Virus record (IMG/VR): IMGVR_UViG_3300027856_000008
Coordinates: 804-64,803 of that record
Direction: 5' to 3' (one strand)
Length of the DNA: 64,000 nt
Source: a virus
Taxonomy: Duplodnaviria; Caudoviricetes
Part shown: piece after piece, positions 57,555 through 64,000 of the stretch
Layout: each line of letters opens with the position of its first letter
Position numbering within the stretch: the stretch's first letter is position 1
Position numbers and translations under genes: made by a program
Notes under the pieces: generated by a model
Told to the model about the DNA's origin: nothing
Databases searched by the model: none
What the model saw: only the letters and a program-made list of their open reading frames with translations

Positions 57555-58088
57555 ATGAAAAATTATTCACTGGTAGATGTATTAAATGGTTCAACACGTT
57601 GCCTACAACAAGTATCAGAAAGATTAACAACTTTAACTACGATAAGGCATAACGTTAGTTTATTGATTGGTGAGCTTAAAGAAGTAATGAAGCATGAAAG
57701 GTATATTTCTTTTGAACCAGAATTAACTATAGCTTTGGTTCACCTTGCTGCCGTAAGTCACTCATGGCGCTTTTCAGAGGCGAAGGATAATCTTGAAATA
57801 GCAACAGGGTTATTAAGGAAAGTTTTTGATGAAGCAAAAGCAATAAGAATTGAAGATAGAAGAATAGAAAAAATAGAATTATTTAAAAATGTCTTGGTTG
57901 TTGGTGCGGTATTTGTTGATGCTTGGGAAGAAGATCCAGAATATAAATCAACAATAGTAATAAAAGAAATTACCGAAAAATTTGGTTTGATTTGTGAAGA
58001 AACATATTTAGATGAAACAGAAACAGTAGAATTATTTTGGCAAGATTTCACAGCTAATAAAAACCGCTGGATATTACAGGTACAATAA
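57555..58088 (+). CDS. Hypothetical early protein
   Basis: First ORF of the cassette. Confidence 0.6.
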   Translation: MKNYSLVDVLNGSTRCLQQVSERLTTLTTIRHNVSLLIGELKEVMKHERYISFEPELTIALVHLAAVSHSWRFSEAKDNLEIATGLLRKVFDEAKAIRIEDRRIEKIELFKNVLVVGAVFVDAWEEDPEYKSTIVIKEITEKFGLICEETYLDETETVELFWQDFTANKNRWILQVQ

Positions 58089-58180
58089 AAAGTAATAAAA
58101 AAAGCTTTACTTCAAATGATAAAGTGATAATATAGCTACATCGAAACAAGTTACCCAAATAATCTTAAGCGAGATAAAAA
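58089..58180 (+). promoter_or_regulatory. Early promoter cassette 8
   Basis: UP tract, TTTACT-N16-TAATAT and TAAGCGAGATAAAA-ATG. Confidence 0.75.
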
Positions 58181-58930
58181 ATGACTGATTTAAACCAAGC
58201 AATCTTAAAAGTAAAATCTGTAATCTTAAGCGTATCTGATAAAACACTAAAAATTAAAGATATTCAAAGCCTAGCTTTAAAAGCTTTGTTCACATGGCAA
58301 GATGCTGGAAAGGTACTTGTTAAGCTTGATAGAATCGACCAGCCTTTAAATTCTAAAATACATAATGCCTTGGTAGATACTAAAGAATCTAGCCGCAGAG
58401 TAACAATGCTTAAAAATTTAAATCTTGCTTTAGAATTAATGGAGGGGATCACACCAGATGAAGATCCAGAACTTGAAATTCCAAATGATGGTGTCGATAG
58501 AGCAGATTTAATAATAAAAATTATTGCCCTTGAAATTGAAATTGAGAATTCACCATATACCATTGAAGAATCAGAACAGGCTAAAAAAGAATTTAATAGT
58601 TATGATATTTTAGAAGTGTTTAAGGGTGTAGATAAGGATTCCGAAGAAGCTGATAAAATCAGGGAAAAATTCAGCACCCTTGCAGAAGTAAGTAAATTAT
58701 CAAGCGATACTGAAACACTTGGCTGGTACATGAAAACAATGAAAAGCCGATTGATGAAAGTGGAAACAAGATATATAGCCACCAGCGAAAGGTTATTCAG
58801 TCCGTCAGGATTCCACCCCGATGATAGAGTATTTCTTCAAACGACAGTGGCTATACATTCAGATATACCGATCACTAAAAATAATACAAACTTTCCTAAA
58901 CTGTATGTTGCAGATATGCAAGATTTATAA
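58181..58930 (+). CDS. Hypothetical early protein
   Basis: First ORF of the cassette. Confidence 0.6.
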   Translation: MTDLNQAILKVKSVILSVSDKTLKIKDIQSLALKALFTWQDAGKVLVKLDRIDQPLNSKIHNALVDTKESSRRVTMLKNLNLALELMEGITPDEDPELEIPNDGVDRADLIIKIIALEIEIENSPYTIEESEQAKKEFNSYDILEVFKGVDKDSEEADKIREKFSTLAEVSKLSSDTETLGWYMKTMKSRLMKVETRYIATSERLFSPSGFHPDDRVFLQTTVAIHSDIPITKNNTNFPKLYVADMQDL

Positions 58931-58941
58931 GTAAAAGGTTC

Positions 58942-58995
58942 ATCATATATGATAAGGGTTCTGTCATATGACAAGCCCCCTGTCATATGACAAGT
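58942..58995. repeat. Tandem palindromes TGTCATATGACA
   Basis: Perfect 12-bp palindrome at 58962-58973 and 58981-58992, plus ATCATATATGAT at 58942-58953. Confidence 0.75.
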
Positions 58996-59020
58996 ATTAA
59001 AGATAAGCGAGGTAAAAATT

Positions 59021-59248
59021 ATGCTTAAAGTTGGCGATAAATTATTTGGAAGTTTTAATTATTATAGTGAAGAAGATCCATTCAACTCTTGTTGGGAATC
59101 GGTGGAGGTAACAGAAGTCAGTAAGAAGTTTTTTAAAATCGACAGGGTAAATGGAAACTTTAGAATTGAAGATCTAAAGCATGTTGAATACCCTATAACA
59201 CTTTATACAAAAGATCAGATGAAAAACTTAGGTTTTAGTTGTGAATAA
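59021..59248 (+). CDS. Hypothetical protein
   Basis: TAAGCGAGG upstream. Confidence 0.55.
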   Translation: MLKVGDKLFGSFNYYSEEDPFNSCWESVEVTEVSKKFFKIDRVNGNFRIEDLKHVEYPITLYTKDQMKNLGFSCE

Positions 59249-59624
59249 TTGGAGAGTTACAGTGCATATAATAGATATATTAAACGATAACATTGCATCT
59301 ATCAGCAAAGCGGTAGGAAGCCATTGCCAAAACTTAATGGATAGGGTTCAAGATGAAGATTTTCAAATCAATATAATTGAGCAGCAAGATAGTTTTAAAA
59401 GCTTAGGTTTATATCTTGAAAAAGAAAACGCTAAACTAGAATGGTTATCAGATCTTCATAACTATTTTTCTGATCGTAGAAATTCAAGCACAGGAGATAA
59501 GCAGGGTATAATGAAAATGTATTTAACGTTAAACCAAAAAGATACAGAGTCATTATTTGATTTTAAGAAATATATTATTAAGCAGCTTTTAAGTCAGTGT
59601 ATCAAAACCGATTGGGAGCATTAG
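59241..59624 (+). CDS. Hypothetical protein
   Basis: Coupled ORF. Confidence 0.5.
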   Translation: MNNWRVTVHIIDILNDNIASISKAVGSHCQNLMDRVQDEDFQINIIEQQDSFKSLGLYLEKENAKLEWLSDLHNYFSDRRNSSTGDKQGIMKMYLTLNQKDTESLFDFKKYIIKQLLSQCIKTDWEH

Positions 59625-59627
59625 GAA

Positions 59628-59882
59628 ATGAAAAATAACGAGCCATGTAATTGTGATCAAGCTTTAGAGCTTCAAAAGACATTAAACAAAATGCCTGATG
59701 AAATAAGGAATCATGTTCAGCAGATGTTTAATGCGCCCGAAACATTAGAGGAAATATACGAGGTATATTCTAAGGGGCCAGAAAGGGCATTGGCGGCAAT
59801 CGTAGCTGGTCGGGCTTATAACTTAGGCTTAAAACATGCCGCATTAATCGTTGCTGGAAAAATAGATGAAAACAAAAAATAA
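59628..59882 (+). CDS. Hypothetical protein
   Basis: ORF before a terminator. Confidence 0.5.
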   Translation: MKNNEPCNCDQALELQKTLNKMPDEIRNHVQQMFNAPETLEEIYEVYSKGPERALAAIVAGRAYNLGLKHAALIVAGKIDENKK

Positions 59883-59908
59883 CAGGTCAAATTTTTACTA
59901 ACTCCACC

Positions 59909-59931
59909 AGCCCTTTTTAAGGGCTTTTTTT
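59909..59931 (+). terminator. Rho-independent terminator
   Basis: AGCCCTT...AAGGGCT followed by a T run. Confidence 0.8.
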
Positions 59932-59986
59932 ATGCCTGTAATAAATTGAACTAAACTAATAATGGGTTATCAATTGAGTATTTAAT

Positions 59987-60346
59987 ATGGGTTTACTAAC
60001 ATCGTTAGGATCTTTTTTTGGATCGTCAGGTTTTGCCAATACAGCAAATGACGCAATTCGAAAGGTTGGGGGGTTAGACGATTTAAACGGCAAAGAGCGA
60101 ATAGATAAATTTATTGAAGTTTTGAAAGTTACACAACAGCAATCCCCCGCTAGAAGAATGATCGCTTTTGTTGTTGCTGGTATATGGGCGCTTTTAGTTG
60201 TTTGTTGGTTGCTTATGATTGGTTTGAACCAGTTTGCCGCAGCAATGGCAATAAAAGAGTTTATGAAAGAAACGGTAACAGAACCTTTCAACTATATCAT
60301 CGCGTTTTATTTTGTATCTGCAATATTATCGGGGATCAAAAAATGA
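59987..60346 (+). CDS. Putative holin
   Basis: Amphipathic N-terminus, ARRMIA plus a TM helix, second TM IIAFYF; adjacent to the candidate endolysin. Confidence 0.6.
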   Translation: MGLLTSLGSFFGSSGFANTANDAIRKVGGLDDLNGKERIDKFIEVLKVTQQQSPARRMIAFVVAGIWALLVVCWLLMIGLNQFAAAMAIKEFMKETVTEPFNYIIAFYFVSAILSGIKK

Positions 60347-60783
60347 ATGATTTCAGTTTAGTTTTACAATCAGTATGTTTGAAAACACACACAGTCGGTA
60401 AGTTATTTATTTGTCATGTGGGGAAAGATCCAGAATTCTTTTGTTTTACTCTTGAGCGTCCGTGGCTCGGCAATAAGGCGCATATCTCTTGCATCCCATA
60501 TGGTGAATATGTTTTGAAAAGCCACAAAAGCCCGAAGTTTGGCAGATGCTATTATTTACAATCTCGTATCTCTGGTGTTGTGGGTTTAAATTATGGAGCT
60601 AGAACGCACATTCTAATCCATCCAGCGAACAGGGCTAGTGAATTGCATGGGTGTATTGCTTTGGGTTCAATGGACGGCATTTTAAGTGGAGAATTCGCTA
60701 TTTTGAATAGTAGAAAAACCGTTAATAAGTTACATGAATTGCTTGGCGGTAGAGATACGCTGATAACAATAATGGAACGTTAA
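60343..60783 (+). CDS. DUF5675-family protein, candidate endolysin
   Basis: T.G.L, CFTLERPW..N...SCIP.G.Y, R.HILIHPAN...ELHGCI.LG and NSR. Confidence 0.7.
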   Translation: MNDFSLVLQSVCLKTHTVGKLFICHVGKDPEFFCFTLERPWLGNKAHISCIPYGEYVLKSHKSPKFGRCYYLQSRISGVVGLNYGARTHILIHPANRASELHGCIALGSMDGILSGEFAILNSRKTVNKLHELLGGRDTLITIMER

Positions 60784-61565
60784 TGAAAAATCCAGAATTC
60801 CATACCTATAAAATTGTAGATATTAATTCTTTGATCCCGTATGTGACTAATGCAAGAACGCATGAACAATGGCAGATAGCACAAATCAGGGGAAGTATAA
60901 AAGAGTTTGGATTTACGAACCCTGTTCTTATTGAGCCAGACGGTTCGATAATTGCGGGGCATGGTCGAGTTCTGGCAGCATTAGATCTAGGTTTTGAAGA
61001 ATTACCCGCTATAGAAATAAAAGGGCTCACTAAGGCTAAAAAGGCCAAATTAGTTATAGCGGATAATCAATTTGCTCTTAATGCTGGTTGGGATCTTGGT
61101 ATTTTAAAATCAGAGTTAGAATTTATACAAGAAGCTGGCGAGGACATTGGTGAACTGGGTTTCGATGATAAATTTTTAAATGATTTATTTGAACGTGGTG
61201 ACGATGATAGTTCGTATACCAAAAAAATAGATGCCCCGTTATATGAACCTACAGGCGAAAAGCCAGATATTATAAAAGTCTATAATACAGAAAAAACAGA
61301 TCAGCTACTTAGTGAAATAAAAGGTTCAGACTTGCCAGATGGTGTAAGGGATTTCTTGATCGCTGCCGCATACCGACATACTAAATTTAATTATGAACAG
61401 ATTGCAGAATTTTATGCTCAATCAAATGCGGATATTCAAGAACTAATGGAGAGTAGCGCACTTGTTATAATTGATTTCGATAGAGCTATTGCAGATGGTT
61501 ATGTTCGATTAAATGATGCGGTCACAGAGCTATACCAGCGTGAAAATGGCGAAGCTGATGAATGA
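60783..61565 (+). CDS. ParB N-terminal (ParBc) domain protein
   Basis: LIPY..NARTH...QI..SIKEFGFTNPVLI...IIAGHGR..AA and IADN.....AGWD. Confidence 0.85.
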   Translation: MKNPEFHTYKIVDINSLIPYVTNARTHEQWQIAQIRGSIKEFGFTNPVLIEPDGSIIAGHGRVLAALDLGFEELPAIEIKGLTKAKKAKLVIADNQFALNAGWDLGILKSELEFIQEAGEDIGELGFDDKFLNDLFERGDDDSSYTKKIDAPLYEPTGEKPDIIKVYNTEKTDQLLSEIKGSDLPDGVRDFLIAAAYRHTKFNYEQIAEFYAQSNADIQELMESSALVIIDFDRAIADGYVRLNDAVTELYQRENGEADE

Positions 61566-62433
61566 TGGTTTCGCTGTTTTTATATTAACCAATAGAAGGT
61601 CTGAAAAGGTTTATACATATAAGACTTTAAAGCGTGGAGGGTATACGGGGGCCGTATATTTACTTGTTGATGATGAAGATCCAGAAAAAGATAATTACTT
61701 GAAAAAATATAAAGACGAAGTGATCATTTTTAATAAACAAGATGCTGTAAAAATGACGGATTCAGGTAATAACTTTGGCAAAACAAATTCTGTTGTCTTT
61801 GCTAGAAATATAAACTTTATTATTGCCAAAGAAATGGGGCTTAAATACTTTTTACAGTTAGATGATGATTACAGCGATTTTGGATATGTGACCGATGGGA
61901 AAGGTAATTACGTCACAAAAAATACCCGCACTAAAAAGTTAGACGATATTTTTAAACACACCTTAAAATTTCTTGAAGATTCGGGCGCAAGCTCAGTTGC
62001 TTTTAGTCAGGGAGGCGATTTTATTGGTGGCAAAAAAGGTAATGGAGTCAGAAAAGCCGTAGAGGGTAAATTCTTAAGAAAAGCCATGAACAGTTTTTTT
62101 ATTTCTACAGCAAGACCTTTTAAATTTGTCGGCATGATGAACGATGATGTTAATACGTTTATATCACTTAGCAAAACAGGCAATCTCTTTTGTACTTTTT
62201 TACCTTTTAGGCTCTGGCAAAGACCAACACAATCAAACGAAGGTGGGTTAACGGAAATGTATCTGGAAATGGGAACATACGTTAAATCATTCTATACCGT
62301 AATGTATGAACCATCATGTACGACAGTCGTTGAAATGGGGTCTGTAAATAGACGCTTGCACCATAAAACATCTTGGAAATATGCCGCGCCAGTAATACTA
62401 GATGAAAAGTTTAAAAAGGTGTCTAAATGTTGA
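61558..62433 (+). CDS. GT-A fold glycosyltransferase (TET-associated/GREB1-like type)
   Basis: FILT.RR, ARN, FLQLDDDY (DxD), MNDDV and Q...Q.N.GG.TE.Y. Confidence 0.7.
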   Translation: MNDGFAVFILTNRRSEKVYTYKTLKRGGYTGAVYLLVDDEDPEKDNYLKKYKDEVIIFNKQDAVKMTDSGNNFGKTNSVVFARNINFIIAKEMGLKYFLQLDDDYSDFGYVTDGKGNYVTKNTRTKKLDDIFKHTLKFLEDSGASSVAFSQGGDFIGGKKGNGVRKAVEGKFLRKAMNSFFISTARPFKFVGMMNDDVNTFISLSKTGNLFCTFLPFRLWQRPTQSNEGGLTEMYLEMGTYVKSFYTVMYEPSCTTVVEMGSVNRRLHHKTSWKYAAPVILDEKFKKVSKC

Positions 62434-63287
62434 ATGTCTTGGTAACTGGTGGCGCAGGGTTTATTGGTAGCAACTTATGCAAAATACTTGTTGAGAATAA
62501 TTACAAGGTCACATCACTTGATAATTACTCGACAGGGTTGGTAGCAAATCATATAGATGGTGTTGAATATATTAATTATGATTGCTGCGATATAGGTCTG
62601 CTTTCACCAAAGTTTGATACGATATTTCATCTAGGAGAATACGCAAGGGTCGAGTCGAGTTTTACCGATATAGATTTAGTTTTTGAAAAGAATTTAAGTA
62701 ATCTATATCAAGTATTGAAATTCACTAAAAACTGTTCAGCTAAATTAATCTATGCGGGATCTAGCACTAAGTTTGCCAAATACTGTAATGGTGATATTGA
62801 ATCACCATATGCGTTTATTAAAACAAAATGCACTGAGATAGTAGGGCAGTATTCAAAGTGGGCAGGGATTAATTACGCAATCACATATTTTTATAATGTC
62901 TACGGCCCAAACGAGATAGGTCGGGGTAAATATGCGACAGTTGTTGAGAAGTTTTTAACACTTTTCGATGATGGGGCAACGTCTGTTCCGGTGACATTGC
63001 CAGGTTTACAAGAGCGAAATTTTACGCATGTGCTTGATATTGTTGAAGGATTAATTTTAGTTGCGGAAAAAGGGCAGGGCGATAATTTCTGTATTGGATC
63101 AGATGAAAGATTATCCATTATTAAGCTGGCGAATCTTATTGGCTTGAGTCCTGACCTTATGCCAGAAAAAATAGGTAATAGGGTCAGCGCAAGGCTTGAT
63201 ACTTATAATCTAAGCCGACTTGGTTGGGTATGTAAGTTATCAATAAGGGATTATATAAATAAAAGAATTACAATAAAAAAAGGTTGA
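62427..63287 (+). CDS. NAD-dependent nucleotide-sugar epimerase/dehydratase
   Basis: VTGGAGFIGSNL, YAGSS, PYAFIK (YxxxK), FYNVYGP and RNFTHV.DIV. Confidence 0.9.
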   Translation: MLNVLVTGGAGFIGSNLCKILVENNYKVTSLDNYSTGLVANHIDGVEYINYDCCDIGLLSPKFDTIFHLGEYARVESSFTDIDLVFEKNLSNLYQVLKFTKNCSAKLIYAGSSTKFAKYCNGDIESPYAFIKTKCTEIVGQYSKWAGINYAITYFYNVYGPNEIGRGKYATVVEKFLTLFDDGATSVPVTLPGLQERNFTHVLDIVEGLILVAEKGQGDNFCIGSDERLSIIKLANLIGLSPDLMPEKIGNRVSARLDTYNLSRLGWVCKLSIRDYINKRITIKKG

Positions 63288-63366
63288 CTTCATTTTATCA
63301 AATGATAATATAGGCACAAGTTAAGGGAATGGCTCTTAACTAAATATCTTAAGCGAGATAAAAATA
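63272..63366 (+). promoter_or_regulatory. Early promoter cassette 9
   Basis: A-tract GG TTGACT-N16-TAATAT, TTATCAaaTGATAA, leader hairpin and TAAGCGAG. Confidence 0.75.
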
Positions 63367-63465
63367 ATGGCTCAAAAAATTAAAGGCTCAAAATTCTTCC
63401 AAGACTTTCTTAAAGCAGAGAAAAGCTTCCGAACTTCATTTGAAAAATTAGTAGGGCTTCAATAA
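63367..63465 (+). CDS. 32-aa early peptide (not in the ORF track)
   Basis: MAQKIKGSKFFQDFLKAEKSFRTSFEKLVGLQ after the cassette motif. Confidence 0.5.
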   Translation: MAQKIKGSKFFQDFLKAEKSFRTSFEKLVGLQ

Positions 63466-63550
63466 ACCTTTTTTATTCTTTGCTACTTATCAAATGAAAA
63501 AATGATAAGTAGCTACTAGCTAAATAAACCTAATCTTAAGCGAGACAATT

Positions 63551-63721
63551 ATGAAAACTTTTAACTATGGCGAAACATTCACATTAAATGGTGTTAAATA
63601 TATTTTTGTTCAAGAGTCTCGCAGGGGTGGAGGTGATACCCATTTTTTCGCTCAGGAATTTGGCGCTAAAAATATAAAAATGAAGCAAATTGCTTATGTC
63701 GATTTAATTGGGAGAATATAA
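63551..63721 (+). CDS. 56-aa hypothetical protein (not in the ORF track)
   Basis: MKTFNYGETFTLNGVKY... after TAAGCGAG. Confidence 0.55.
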   Translation: MKTFNYGETFTLNGVKYIFVQESRRGGGDTHFFAQEFGAKNIKMKQIAYVDLIGRI

Positions 63722-63722
63722 A

Positions 63723-63920
63723 ATGCGGTTACATGAAAAAGTAAAGCAGCAAGCCGCAATGCTTGAAGATTATCAAGAAGGTTTAAAAGATCTTGTTCGC
63801 TATCTTAACAGCCCCAAGTTTAAAGAAGATCCCACAGTTCAAGTGAGGGATATTTTGTTAAGAATATCTGAAACCAGAACACAGGTTGCAGATACAGAAT
63901 TTAACCATAGAACAGCTTAA
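63723..63920 (+). CDS. Hypothetical protein
   Basis: ATG 63723 follows GGAG. Confidence 0.55.
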   Translation: MRLHEKVKQQAAMLEDYQEGLKDLVRYLNSPKFKEDPTVQVRDILLRISETRTQVADTEFNHRTA

Positions 63921-64000
63921 TTAATTCCAAGCTAGAACAAATAACTATTATTTACTAAACTCATTTGATAAAATGAAACTTTGAAAATCAGCGGAGATAA

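Noticed and set aside
3516-63366. CRISPR array or integron attC array formed by the recurring 90-bp elements
   Set aside because: The elements are dispersed kilobases apart, non-palindromic and promoter-shaped; no cas or intI gene is present.
1-64000. tRNA/rRNA genes or stop-codon recoding
   Set aside because: No cloverleaf or rRNA-like sequence was seen by eye, and the large genes are intact under the standard code. tRNAscan was not run.

Overview
The window is almost entirely one AT-rich, lambda/siphovirus-type tailed phage genome, roughly one third G+C by eye, with nearly all genes on the + strand. The probable host is a Gammaproteobacterium, judged from a LexA box, sigma70/sigmaS-type promoters and YecR, ProQ and IHF homologs. 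A full morphogenesis set is present: TerS/TerL, portal, MuF head protein, scaffold, P22-like capsid, head-tail connectors, tail tube, frameshifted tail chaperone, tape measure, gpM/L/K/J-like tip and fibres. It is broken up by cassettes of small genes, each behind a near-identical strong promoter. Plasmid-like functions suggest a phage-plasmid lifestyle: ParA plus an RHH partner, a RepL-like gene with an inverted-repeat region, and a short tyrosine recombinase. A second, iteron-containing initiator has a predicted antisense RNA in its leader, next to a ProQ/FinO gene. The most striking accessory locus is a terminator-bounded three-gene hfaA-hfaB(CsgG)-hfaD-like operon, a curli/holdfast-anchor-type secretion system. 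Other highlights are a MuF-metallopeptidase toxin, a ParB-glycosyltransferase-epimerase cluster in a GATC-rich genome, sigmaS-like promoters before the structural genes, dispersed 8-bp TGATAA arrays, a non-canonical TAAGCGAG start-region motif, and short C-terminal peptide tags that may dock several fibres onto the virion. All family calls come from motif recognition by eye; no database search was run.
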